DNA from: Antedon mediterranea
Lineage: Eukaryota; Animalia; Echinodermata
Length of the DNA: 64,000 nucleotides
Reading direction: 5' to 3'
Assembly: GCF_964355755.1 (NCBI RefSeq)
Contig: NC_092679.1
Span: 23,171,432-23,235,431 of the forward strand
Below, piece after piece: positions 15,101-30,100 of this stretch (its first letter is position 1; every line of letters starts with the position of its first letter). A model generated the notes under the pieces. The model saw only the letters and a program-made list of their open reading frames with translations, did no database searches and was not told the origin of the DNA. Both the position numbers and the translations under genes were made by a program.

Positions 15101-18100
15101 TAAACCAATATTAGTAGTGATGGAGAAATTAAGTTAAGCTAACTTATTTTGTAGACCTCAATTTATAGTCCTTTCCGAGAAGGCTCCTTTTCCCATGAGG
15201 GTCACATCATGTCATTGTGGACAAAAATAGCTCCACCATCTTTCCACGACAGTTGTATTGGAATATTATTGACTATTGGCATACAACATTATTCAATACT
15301 GAAGGCCAAGCAATTGCATAATAGGTGACATAAATCAGAAACTTTATCTTTAAATGAATGTTTAGTTTCATCCAACACAAATCAAAGAATTGTCTATTTT
15401 TACTCGATAGTAGGTACTACATTTTTGCGATGAGATGGATAACAATGATAAGCATTGTTAGACTAGGTCAAGTACCCTGGGATATCAAATTAGAAAGAAT
15501 AGTGTTGAAAGATGATCCAGATATACAAATTTACATTTGGATTTCTTTTATAATTGTTAAGGTTAAATTTCTTGGTCTTAAGAGAGGGAATTAGGCTGAA
15601 TTTACTTAAGTTAAGCCATGTTTCGGTATATATTGATAATAAAGTGTTTGTATACAAAAGAACCTATTAGGATTATGCGATTAACAATTGACTTAACTCC
15701 ACCCTTTAACAAGCTTATGTGTTGGATTTCTAAGGTCAAGATAATTGGTTATTGAGGAGGCTAGATAATTATATGTCCTAGAAAATTAAGTCTTACGCAT
15801 ACAAGAAAAGTACATACAAATATTTCTGATCAGTGTCAGCAAACTGTTTTTAATTGGATGTATATTATTTGCCAAGTAAAGTAAAACCAATATTAACTGG
15901 ACATTTTCATGCTCCAACAAAATGTGTCCTGAGTGAGAGCGTGTTGGACGTTGGACTACTGATCGTGAGACCGAGGTTCGTATCCAACTCTCGCCGCATT
16001 GCGTGTAACCTTAGGCAAGATACTTTACTTACGTTTGCCTCTCTCCACCCAGGTGTATAAATGGGTACCCGGTTAGAGATCAAGACACAACTTTGCGCTG
16101 ATTACTAGCTGCATTATGGGAGTATGTTTCCATACGTGTTTGTTTAAAAAAAATGAATGGGGTAATAATGTTCAGCGCTTAGAGAAGCTTGCTTGTAGAG
16201 CGCTATATAATAATGAACTATTATTATTATTACATATACAGTATTGGCCCTTGTTCATTTAACCGTAAAGTGCCTTCTTTACAGGAGTTTCCCTGATCAA
16301 TAAGGTTGTCCTACAGGAGGGACACTCACATTTGTTTGCACAATAACATCCACATTTTTCATGTTTATCACCCTGAATTTTGTAAAAATGACCAAAAGAC
16401 CATGTCATGCCATATTGTTGACGTAAAAAAAGCTTATTAAAAGCTAATTATCTGTATCTTCAATATGGGTGAAATACAAGGCGCAATTTACAAATTATTC
16501 CAAATAGCAAAAATACATCCAAGCGTGTTATTATGGAAATCTGCCCAAATGCGTTTGAGAAAAGAATAATTTTTAGATCACGCCTAAGTTAGTTTACACC
16601 CTCTGTCGCATATTGCCAAATTCTGGGTTCTGAGCCCTTATTACTATTAATTTTGCATCATTATTTAATCATTCATATTTATCAGTATTTAAAGACACAT
16701 CACCACCTTGCCAAATATTTGAACATTAATCATGTCATCATTAGGAATGAAATAAATTGCATGTTAACCAATATCAAAAGTGTTTTAAACCAATCATCAA
16801 TCATTCTGTAGACATATTTCATTCTTGATAATGACATAAATTAATGTTGAAACCTTTAATCTTTTGATTTGTATTTCATTACTTTTCTTTCTCTATGTAT
16901 TTGGAGTATGTACATTCTCGTTATGATTAGTGGACGTTTCGGATATCGTATGTACAGTATGACCAAGAATCCCATGGTAGTATAATCTCACCTCCTGCTT
17001 TACGCTAATACGTATGCAGGTATCTGTAGGGTAGGAAGGGGGGGGGGGGAGGGGCTACTATGTACCTCCTTGATGTATTTTTGGACATGAACACATCATG
17101 GGGTGCATGATAACTTTCTACTAGACCACAAACATTATACATTGTTCTATACACTATTTTGAGATGGTAGGGGTAGTTGGCTACTCCGACGTGCTAGTTC
17201 ACACACAGCCACTGTGGTGGACAGATGAGAGAGCATCTTACTGACATGATATGTAGTTGAAAAGTCAAACATCTGCGTCCACAGTACCATATGTAATGAT
17301 CCATTGAATTCAATTGGCACTATACAAGAACTCGTAAATTACATTTATTTGTTTTCGAATCAATTCAAACAGATTATAACCTCCACTAATAAGTTGACTG
17401 GGTAGCTCCTTTCTAAAAGCAAGTTTCCTATTATGATATTTTTAGAAATCTGCTCAAATTGACAAAAAAATCAACAATCCCTTTCACACATCAGTGCATC
17501 TCATACATATATCACAATGAATTCTATGTGAACGCTCTTCCTGCTAAACATGATATTCAATATTGTATATATATAGTATATATAGTAGGGTAAATTGTAT
17601 TATAGGTACGCTGGAGGTCAAGGTTATAATACATATTCATGATTTAAAATTAAATTTAAATTAAACTTATAAATAATCATGTATTATATTTTATATATAT
17701 AGTAAATTCCCATTTATCCGCAGAAACTTTTATTATATACTATTATTTTAAACGTATGTGAATGTATAAATCTTAATAAACTTTATATTTTTTAATTTTT
17801 CAACACCTATATTGTTTAGAACATTTCAACACAATGTATAAATACAATTATCAACATCCATCTGATGTATGGGATGACTACTAAAAATGGAGAATGTATA
17901 ATTTGCCTTGGAAATAAAAATATTATATGGCTTTGCTTTAATTGCAAAGTACTTATACATAGAGACTGCCTGTTACAATGGTGGAATTACAAAAATAAAT
18001 ATTTATATTTATGTCCACTGTGCAAAATCAACATGGTAGAAACTCTATAATTAAATTAAATATATAAATCTATAAAAATTTCAATTAACATCAATTAAAT

Positions 18101-21100
18101 TAAATATTAAATTATAAAAATGTATTCAATAACATCAATTAAATTAAATATTAAATTATTAAAATGTATTCAATAACATCAATTCAATTAAATATTAAAT
18201 TATTAAAATGTATTCAATAACATCAATTAAATTAAATATTAAATTATTAAAATGTATTCAATAACATCAATTAAATTAAATATTAAATTATAAAAATTTA
18301 TTCAATAACATAAAAAAAAAAAAAAAATGGGTGGGCCATCCCTTTTTGAAAGGTTGTGCAGTTTTTTAAACTAAACTTGTTAACTTTGTTAATATTGTGC
18401 ACAAAATGAAACATAATACATTTGCTATATTTTAATCAAAACCTTTTTTGTGCTTTTAAATGTGTGAAATGGATTGAAAAAATGCCATGCCACAGAATCC
18501 AGTAAAATTTTAAATAATAATAATAAATTTGAAGTATTTCAAATTTTTTTAAAGAAATACAAGGTTTACTCATGGTTATTGAAGAAATTTCTAGGAATTC
18601 ATTCAATCTGATTAATTTTTTATTAAAAGCTATCCGAGTATATTGTATATATCATGTCCATACAGTAACACTGCTGTAAAACCAGAAACTTTCATGCATT
18701 AAATTTTCATGTTTTTGGGGGACAATTTTGGTTTTGGTTTTTATATTAACTATCTGTAAATACAATTCTTTACGTTAAAATATTCATGAATACAAGTCAA
18801 AACGTTGCACACATTATGAATGCTTTACAGATAATACATCTTTATTAATAGTGAAAATACTCAATTAATTTCACAGCGTTGCGTCTGTAGATGTGGTGCC
18901 ATTGACGATGTCTAAATATTACTGGACTGTCTTGCTTAACTTGCACTTTAACAAACTTACAGACTAAATAATATAATCTAAAATATTTAATATAAAGCCA
19001 AGGTTAGAAAGATAAAGATCAGAAAGAGACAGATTAGTACGGCTTCACTGTGGGGTATTTGTAAAAGATTCATATAAAGAATTTATTTCAATTAGATAAT
19101 TTGAATGAAGGTTGTGGAAAGTTCCGGTTGTTGTCAACTTTCCACATATTTACGAAAGACTTAATATCTTGTCTGATAGTTTCCAATTTGTTAAATAACA
19201 AATTACGCTACTTCATCATCAACAAAGTACAAAAGTTAGTTTATATAAAACAGTTTGGCATTAAATGTCAGTTTTAAAAAAGGGTAGTGAATGAACATCA
19301 TTCGGAATTTTAGTTGCTTTAAGATTTTATTATTTAGAAGGATTTTTTCTCCAGACATACAGAAAATTCATGTCAATGAAAACCACATCATCAAATTTAC
19401 AATTGTTGTAAAGTTTTTGGAAAGTTTTGATCACAAGAGGGCTCACTTCAATTTTAATTGTCTCATGGTGATAAACATCATCAAACAAATAGAGAAAACA
19501 AAATACAGTTGATATGCTTTCAAGTTCTGATGTCCCTGAACAATTTTTAAAAAGTAGGTGTACGAAGTATACTAAAAAGGAATTTATTTAACCTCGGAAC
19601 CCATAACCAAGTGGATATACTGAATAAATGCAAACCATTATGCCTATTTGAGAAACGGAGTAAAAACCAATTGCGTTATTCTTGGTAGTAAAAAAAATGT
19701 AATATGACATAACTACCTCTCCTTTATTCCAACATTCAGTGCAATATATTGATTTTGTTTTTTAATTTGATTTAATGTCTTGTGTTAAATACAAAAAAAG
19801 AAAAAAAAGAAAACTATTACTAGGCCAAAATCAAGGTAGAATAGACTATACGCTATTATTTTCTTTTAATGCTCAATTACCAAGCTTAATCATTCAACCT
19901 TCTAGCAGTTTGCGTGTCAGAACGCAGCCTGTCCCACAAGATGGCTTAGGAAGTGTGTCCCTCGGCTACACCTATGTCCCACCATGAGCTGCGCCTGCTT
20001 ATTTCTAAGGCGGAAACCTATTTAATACCCTTTCAGAACCACGGCCAATTACTGCAATCCTGAAGTGGAATTCAACTACAACGGTACAGTTTAGACTCTT
20101 CCTGTTGTGTGATTAACACACTATTAAAACACGTTCTATTGGGAAATAAATCTTGTTTGTTTCTCTTTGAGGTAAATACAGTAATGGTTGCTAAACGCTT
20201 TCATCTGAAACAAATTAATGTAATCAGCTTTTATATTTCCTTCAACAGAGAATGGAAATTGCATCGGTCTACCAGGAAAAAGGTGCTTAGAGGCAGATGT
20301 ACTAATCTCATAAGCGTTGCTTTGAATAATTGAATTCAAATTCTACACATTTCTTGTAACAACAGATACAGTAAACAGATTAATTTTTTATTTTAAAAAT
20401 GTACCATAGAATTTAATATTTTTTAATATTAATTGTCCTTTAAAAATGATTTATAAAACTACTTTGAAAAGGCCATTTTGCAGTTTTAATAAAGTCATTG
20501 ACATTCAAAAAAAATAATAGTTTTCCTTTATAAAGACAAAATAAATGTTTAATTTAACTAAAAACCCATTGTCTAACAGACAATTATTTTTGCCCTAAAT
20601 TACATGTTTTTTTTAAAATGAAAACAATCATTTGATGGCAATTTTTTTTTCAGAGGGACAATATATCTTTGTTGTTGTTTATTTTGTTTGGTCGAATAAC
20701 TATAATGAAAAAAAAAAAATCAAATAAAAAGGTAGTTGGCTGGCTACCTTATGACTTGGCAAATGTAAAAATTAGGCAAGGATTCATCCTCACACCTTCC
20801 TGTCCAAAGGACATGTGCATGGCTTTGATGCCATATTACTTCCTGTCACACACGTATCTATCATCAATACAAAGCTTTTGACAATTTTGGTTTTGGTCTC
20901 CGTCAAAATACATAATCTTTACGCCAATACAATTTCCTGCCACCTACTGTCTATCCTAATTATCAATATGTTTAAAAGGTTGATAGAATTTGCATTAACT
21001 GATAATAACAATTGTGCTTTCGTATAAAGTGGTTTTTTTAAAGCAAAAAGTTGGAAATTACGTAAAACAGCATTGGTTTCACTCCTGCCTGTACAAGATT

Positions 21101-24100
21101 GTATCGCTTGCAAGATACTTCACACACATTGCCTTGACTTTGAAATAGTCTTTAAAGACTTTAGTCATTGGTACCGTGTACACACGATACTAGAAATGAA
21201 TAGAGGATCATCACACTACACTGTGGCTGCCATTGGTCCATAGATGACCTAATCAAATTCCTCAGATTCCAATCAAAATCAAACACATAAGTGCACGTTT
21301 ACATAATGCGCGACAAACTACTTTGTTTATCCTTTTTCGCAGCATATTCAACTTTCTAACTTCATCACTCTAGTCAGTTCATTAACCAGACGATAGTGAC
21401 AGTCCCAAAATTGGCCAGACGCTTTGATCTATTATTAGCATCACTTGAGAAGAAGTGCCCACACAAGTTCCCCTTCACAAAAAATACACTGTCACAGTTT
21501 ATTGGCAACGATGTTTTAAAAAAAGTACAATTAAAAATTGATAAATAATTTGAATTTGTAACTTTTCAAAGAAATCAAACATAGTATAGTTTAGCATAGG
21601 CCTTATTTTTATTTTACTTTATATCACATGGACAGATTACCGATAATAAATAATTTTCTGTCCCATCAGATAGGTGGTAACTCTCAACACAGGGGCTTTG
21701 TAAACCAGGTCACCGGGGTAACCCCCTAATCATCTTGAATGATGAACTGGGTTCTTTAAAGTGCATATGGGAAAATTGTGTATATTGGAAATATGATTCC
21801 ACCACCTACAAGCCAAGTCCACCTCAAACGCTTGTTGATATTGATTTAGGCTATTTAAGTACAGTAACCAGCGCGCCTGCCTTAACCTCTAAGCCATTTA
21901 AATATTTAAATATCTTCATTCATTCATCTTCTTTATATTTATATATATTGCACAATCAAAAAATGTTCCAATAACATTTTTCATCTAGTCACAGCTGATA
22001 GTTGATATAAACTGTCATGTTAAAAAGAATTAAGTCAAATGATTGAACATTGATTTAAAAAGTTCATAGACATGTAGAAAAAATATCAGACAGTCAAAGA
22101 GTTGAATAATCACACTATAAGGATGAGTGAAGACTTGTCTTTGGCAGGGTGGTATCATTGATACAATGTTGGACATATGTTATCAATTTTGAATCAGTTT
22201 ATATTGACAAATGAAATCCTATTGCAAATATTACAGACTATTTTTTCCTTTTTGGAGAAAACTGGTACATTTGGATGGTACTGTATTTGTGTGGTATAAT
22301 ATATTGAATGTTTTAATGCATGCCAATTAACAATTAGAAAATACATTTCGTTTTTGTGGTAAAACTTGTCAAATAAAAATTTAGTAGTTGTGTAAGTTGC
22401 TACATTAGAAAAACTAAAGAGCAATGCGCAAAGAGATGCAATATAGGAAGACAAAGAGGAGTAAACGAGTGAAAGTAGTAACTTCTCTGTCTACACTATC
22501 AAACTAGTTTGACAACAAAATTGTGATGTTCCTAAATAGGGTAGTGATATGCTCAAATATGGTAGTGACATGACATCATCATGTCCATATATGGACATAT
22601 AACATGTCATATAAATTTTGATAGTGTAGACAGAGCTTTAGAGATTAAAGTGTCAACAAACATAAATCTTCTTTTCATTGAAACTAAGTTATAGCATATT
22701 TTAATGGGGTTTTTTTTCAAATATGTTCACAATTCCTTATTAATATCAATATTCTTAAGACTTGTGACAGTACTTCATATTTGATAGCATAAGTCAGTAG
22801 TTTCTTGGTAAAATTCATAATTGTTTTGACACGTACGATAATAAATAGAATGTGATTAATGGTTTGGATATAATAGCTCCTTGGATTGAAAAAAAATGTT
22901 TACAAGTCAATGATCCTTCTCAATCTCAGTTCAATGTATACAATTATCTCAGTTTGTATTGTTAATCATATATACCTCTACTAAAGCTCTGTCTACACTA
23001 TCAAACATTATGTGACAAAAAAATGCGATGTGCCCATATATTGTGGATGGTGTCATATCACTACCATATTTGTGCATATCACTTCCATATTTGGACACAG
23101 CACATCAATTTTGAAAAAAATCCCAAAAGGAAAACAAATCTATACAGATGTACCGAGTATCACTTGAGAAGGTAAGAATCAACTTTCACTTAAAACATGT
23201 ATGGCACCAAATGCAATTCCAACCCTACATCATGAGCAACAATTGCATTGGCAACACAGTTATCAAACACAATGGACTTCAGTATTTGGAAACAGCTTTG
23301 TTTCGATGATGCACAGAATTTGTTTTAATAGCTCCCTCTATGTTAGATATATTTTTTTTAAAGTGTTTTAACAACCATTTCAGTCTCCCAATATTCATTT
23401 GGGCAAGTTGGAACCGGGCTCAACCTTAAAAAACAGATGGTCAAAGTTCATTGGTTATGTCATACTTACCGATTTATCTTCTGAACCAGTTGCAATGTAC
23501 TTTCCACATGGACTGAATGCAAGCCCACACGGATGAACACGATTCTGATGCCCTTCAAGTCTCTTAACACACCTACAAAACAAACAACGTAAGGGTTATT
23601 GTTCGTAAAACATAAAACTCTTACCATGCATGGTACAAAACGACACTAAAATAACAATTGGTCTAGCCTCATGTTTTACAGTGAATAATTTGAATAAAAG
23701 AAATAATTTATGGTTTTATAATACTCGTGCAATAGAATAGAACAAAATAATTCCATTCAGTAAAAGAAGAAATGTTCTATTTTCACCTCATGATTTGTAC
23801 CATTGCACTCATAATACATTCATTATTTGTATAATATTATTATAAACACCTTTGGTAAAACTTTGAAGTGAAAACGCAGGAAATCAGAAAGGTTATCAGA
23901 AAAAAAGTAAAAAGAAAGTGCATTGAACCAAACGTTGGGCGAGAAAAAGTAAGTCAAAGGTGAGATTAAAACATGTTCTATCGTCTCTGTCACTGGTTAC
24001 AACTTACCACATCATCGTTAACATGGTATCTGTACACGAACAGTGTACCTGACAGGAAATATGATTATACTGAAAGTCGTAGGCGCTAAAATCCCATTGT

Positions 24101-27100
24101 CACACTTGACCGACAGTGGCTAGTATCAAAGTGGACAAAATACTTAGCTATAGTTAGTCGCGCGTGACATCGACCGCACTTCCATTAAGGTAGTTGGCAG
24201 CATTAAATTTATATTTGGTTTTGAAATAGGTACTACTGTAAAATATTATATATATGCAGAGAATTGACAGGACAACTGAATCATATACTGTACATTCCTA
24301 AATGCACAGAAGATATGTTTTACATAATATTCATCTCAATTGTTTTACATTCTCTTTTACAGTTGATTTTAACGTACCATTTACAAAATAATTTTTTAAA
24401 TACCATTATTTCCTCTAAAAATCCTGTATAAAATGTAAAATTCCAATGTAAATCATTAAATATGTAGTTTGTAATGATGACAAACCCAATTTAGACTGTC
24501 TGTCTGAGAGAAGAAATTCCTCAGTCCCGTCACCAACAGACACCCTGAGTGTATCGGGTTCAAAACAAAAACGTCCTAAAGTAAATTTAATTTAACTTCA
24601 GTTTCAACTTTCTGAGATCACGTTCATTTCCCATAGAAAGAGTTGTTCGAATTAAATTAAACAGATGTAGAAAATAATGCACAATTAATGATGATTTAAA
24701 AGTTAATTTTGAATTAAACCCATCTTAATTCATTAAGGTTGAGTGAAAGAAATAGAAAGCATACGCCACGATTGAAAAGGCCAACAACAGCAGTTTGAGG
24801 CACCACAGGGTCTAGAGAATTTAAGGTGGTATTACTCAAATGAAATAAAAAGCAAACATATATATACTGCCAAATATATATATATATATGCAGTAACTTT
24901 AATAAATACCTAGCAATAACATTAATAGCAGTAAAGGGTCAGAATAATTAAAGAAAAATCTATTGGAGATTTTAGTATTTTTTAAAACTATGAGGAGGCG
25001 CATTCAGGCTTAGTTAAAACCACAACGAAAATTAGCGATTGTTCCATTAAACAAACTGAGCAGTATATCAACTAAAGAAAGCTAGAAAGTACAATTCCTG
25101 CCATATTAGCAAAAGTTTGTATTAACAACTTGTCTACAAAGTCTCTCTATAGGTGATAACTGTGAAGTTTCAATTCAAGATGTTCCACACAACTTAAAGT
25201 CAGTCATAGTTATACTGTGCATCTTTTTCTGAGAATGTTCACAGAAGGACTTTTCAACTAAACAGTATACCTAAATATCCACTAAAAAACTGTTGGTGGG
25301 TCTAACTGGTAATAATGGAGAAACATGGTGACTGGTCAAACATCTGTTATCTCTGGTCCAAATCCCTTAAAAGGTTGTTTTTATGTTGAACTCAAAGTGA
25401 TAATGAGGCTACCCATCTATCTTTCCAAACTAATTGTAGCTTTTTGGAAAACATTATCACATCACCAAATAATATGCTAATTATAAACATGCCATAAAGG
25501 ATCGATTAGTATCGCAGGAAGTGATCGTAGTGACTCAATTGATTATGGGAAAAATTCCTTTTCCTTGGTTTTCTAAAGCTCTGTCTACACTATCAAAATA
25601 GTTTGAAAAAAAAGTGTGATGTGGCCAAATATGGTAGTGATATGCTATGGTATAGTGATATGACATCATCATATCCATATATGGAAGTAGACAGAGATTT
25701 AGATTTAAAATAGAGTTGAAAATGTGCATCTCATCCTATGCTGCATGTTGCCACGTAGCCCACGTGAATTTGTGGTAATTGCCAAATCTAATAATGTATC
25801 AACATCCAGAAATAGAAATGCAAATTGAAAATGTACATCCAACACATCATGTGACCTGTTAAAGTCCAAAACAATCAGATCAGCTCAAAGGTAAACCCTT
25901 TAAACTGGTGAGAAATGTTTAACTTTCATGAATGGCCATTCTCTCTCCCACCCATGAGATGTGTATCTAACAATATAAATCAGGTACTTAAAATGTCTAA
26001 AGATTAATTTTCAGGTAATCTTCTTGGCGATTACTTGAATATGGTTTATCATGGTGTCTAATATTAGAGTTGTCAACAATAGTTTTACTCTACATTTATT
26101 GAAGCCTATTTGGCAAATCAACAGTGTTAAATGGGGTCATTATGTGTCTCATATCAACACTTGTTATCCCTTGAATTATGTGATAAACATACGTCTTGCT
26201 AATTAAACATTTTCTTAATGATATGCTGATTAGTAAAATCCAATTGAGAATTCTACACTGTGAATTGTGCCATGAACTACTTTCCCCTCTATGGAATTAT
26301 GTGATCAAAATGTCTAAAAATATTAATTATTAATGTCATTTTTGTGCTTATAAGTTAAAATTAGTAAGTAGATAATGCAAAAATTAAAAATGATTTTGCT
26401 TAAAGTAACCTTTTTAAAGTTTTGTTGAGCTTTTAATGATCCAGAATAATAATATCATTTATGGGTAAATTCACTTTTATAACAGTGGCACTCTTAGACT
26501 TGTCCGAGGTCTGTAGATAAATAATCAAGAATTTGATCTTAAACCAAAAGTTCAATCTGGCATTGGACATGTTTACCATCTCCAAAAATGATTGAAAACA
26601 ATTTTAAAAAATCAATTTAATAAATAAATAAAGTAACTTGTACTTTATATTAGGTAAGATTTAAATAAGAGTTAATACAAGAATTAAAACCGTTGAAAGA
26701 TACACATCAGTCAGAAGTGTAACTGTCAATATCTAATCAGTTTTCACAAAATTATTGCAAAAACGCTGTACAATCAATTAAGCAGCCCAACCCCTTTGTC
26801 GTCACATTTAGGAAATAGCATGGAAGAAATACGCGTAAAGGAAGAAGAGTTAAGAGCTGTGTATTTAAATTTGGCAGCGAGAGGAAGTGGTTATAAATAG
26901 CGCAGGTCATCATCACGGGAGATGATTTCCCTTTCACAAGACTTGCGTGCTTGTGTGGTCGCTTAGATGACTGTGGACAATAACCAATCACAGGTTCAAT
27001 CCGTAAAGATTATAAACAGATTACTACGCTTAATCAATTACAGCTTGACTCTAATTGGAAAGAAAACTAAAGATTCAAATTTTCAAGGGTATAAACTAAA

Positions 27101-30100
27101 AGTATAATCAAATAATCAGTAGAATGATTAATCTGTGATTTGTGAAAGAGCATGGATGCCTGACCATCAGGGAGTAGGTAGAAATTGCATAAAACTAAAC
27201 TAATTGATACAATGTCCTACAAATATAATATCTTTGACCTTTATGCAACCTGAAAATGTGATTGCAAACATTATCTCAATACCCATAGATTGAAGCATTT
27301 AGGCCCTTTGAGAAAAATTGGTCTAAAACACATTTTTCTTCTTGTGGAATTGGAATATTTGAAGGTGGCCACATGTTTTTGGAAGTAAATTACTAAAGCA
27401 GTAGTAATGTTAGTAAGAAATGAATAATAAAACATAAAGAAACCAAACTTCAATTGAAGACACGTCACTGGGATTTCTTGTTGTTCTAGGCAACAAAAAA
27501 CAGTAGTGTAAATCAGACTAGCTATCAAAACAACACTATATTGGACTAGCCAACAAAACATTAGTGTATACTGGCTAGCAAAGCAACACAAATGATGGCA
27601 TATAGTTTTAAAAAAACTGAGAAAATAAAAGGCTATGCCATGGTTTTCATGAGCTTTTTTATAATATGATTCTTAATTGATAGACATTACCCAGACAAGT
27701 AGTTTGTAATTATTAATGATAGCATTTAATTGAACTTGTCTATGTTGGAAAGAAGACCTGATAGAAACATGTAACAAAGTGTGAAAAGAGCCTAAGGCAG
27801 TTGTCTGCGACTGTATCAACAGTTCTTTTTAATTTCCTTCTAAACTGTTTTTTTCACAACAATTAAATTAGTTACATTATAATACATTGCTATTATCAAT
27901 TTGACAGGCATAGGAGAAATTTCAAACCATACAGATAATGATATACTGAAGATTAATCAATTTATAAACGGTGAAGATGAGAAAATCTGTGAAAATGATA
28001 AAAAGTTGCCGGTAGAGATGTTATATGAAAAATGCTTATCATATGTAATTGAAAAGCATAATTTTTAAAATAGAAATTGTTTCTTGCTTTTCTGTGACAT
28101 ATTGTTATCACTTACAAACTCAGACAACTTCTTTTTTATTAGAAAAGAAAACATTATTAATGTTCATGACGCAAAACGACTCCACAGGAAATGTTTTGAT
28201 AATGACACCATTACGATAACCCAGATGATTTCAACCTAACAGAACAGAATACATCAATCAAAGCTGTCACTCAGCTACTAAGTCTGTTTTCAGCGCAGCT
28301 TCCCCCCTCCTGGATGTGGTATTGAAAGAATTAAAAGTACCTGTCTGTGCGCAAGTCCCAGATTTTGATGGCGTCAGTGATGGCTGATGTCGCAAAGAGG
28401 TCGTAAGCTGATGACGGATGAGTTACATATGCCGAACCCTGAAAAAGGAAAATATAAAACAAACCATTACTTTAACAGCATTGTATATTCAAATGAATTA
28501 TTTGTTGTTATAACAAGGCATGGATAAACCACCAATATTTACATGTATATTACAAAATGTATCGATTTCTAATAGTTTCTAATCAATTGTGTAGATTTTT
28601 ATTCCTGGTCATTGTTTCTTGACTGTTATTTGACAGATTTATAACAATAATTAATAATAATTGTCTTTTGTATAAAAAACCACAAGGCTCAAACTAGGTA
28701 CGAAAAAGTTACATCTTTTCATATGCCATGCGAAATAGATGCGTTTTCAACAACTGATTGAAGATGTCAATAGAATTGGCATTATTGATTGATCAGTCAG
28801 TAAATGTATGTCTACGTGTTCTTGGTTGGAATAGTTAGAGATCTTGAATGACCAAGATTATCCATCTTTTAAATTTGTTTATCAAAAATTTGGCATCTTT
28901 AATACTAATATTTTACTAGTACATTAAGAGCACTATTCTTTTTAATGCCAAGCCATGTATAAATTAAGCTTTTTATTATAAATTAATTTAATACGTTGTC
29001 ATTAGGAGTGTCTATCACGGAAGAGGCTGTTTGCCAAAGTATTTATAATTTCAGTTATCATCATAATAAGTACTTAAATTTGATATAATGTATAGAAGTG
29101 CTTTCTTAATTCTAAAATCAGGTGATGTTATTTATTTTGTTCAGAAAAAAAAATATACATTGTACATTGACTTGACCAATGGGTGACTTGTAAGTTTTAG
29201 CCAATCATTGGTATAGCAACTTAATATAAAAAAGGGAGAAATATAGCTGTGGTATATTTTTCTATTATTCATTGGTAATTGTATTATGTTTTGTGTGGTG
29301 CAATGGTTAGAGCAATCAAGAAGTTCTGGGTTCAAGCTCTGGTCTGTGGCTATGGTTTGCAGCGCCTCTGCCTTAACCGCTCAGCCACTCTACTCAACTA
29401 AGCTTCAATTTTGAGTTTACATTTTATGAAACAATTACTTATAAACCATGTCATGAAAGCTTAAAGACAAACGAAAAACTTAAGTTATATTAATACCATT
29501 GACTTTAGGTGTGGATAAAAACGAGTTCAAAGATGAAGTATTAAAAGACTTCTTGAATGCAAGAGGTTGATAACCTAAATATTAGTAACTACTTTTCAAT
29601 ACTTTAAGACTTAAGTCTGTTATCACATGGACACAATTTGATAAGCTAATAAAGACTTTTGGCTTAAGTTCTATAATTTAGAGGTAACGTGTTAAGGAAA
29701 TAAGTAATTAGGAACAAGGAGCATTAAGAAAGTAATTAATGTACATGCATCGTTAGCATATTATTATTAAAATCCTTTTTTTTTATTAAAAATAAATCTA
29801 AAAATACATGACAACAAACAAATGGCGTTTAAAAGTTTGCTGCAAAGAAGAGAAGAGAAATTTTGAAAATGAAATTAGTACTGTATAACAGCGCCACCAC
29901 AATGATACTTTACTTGATTTTGTTTGATAACATGTATTGTGCGCTCATGCACGTCATTGGTAACTCGTATGCTCTTGCCGACGTTCATGTCAAACACTTC
30001 CAGAGACTTGTCTGAACCTGCACATAAAACAATATCTTTACAAATAGTTAAGGTTAATTTCAACTATTGTTGTATTTTCCTTTTTTTAATATCATACCTC

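Noticed and set aside
17028-17054. G-quadruplex-capable G-run
   Set aside because: Isolated homopolymer of unreliable length with no functional context.
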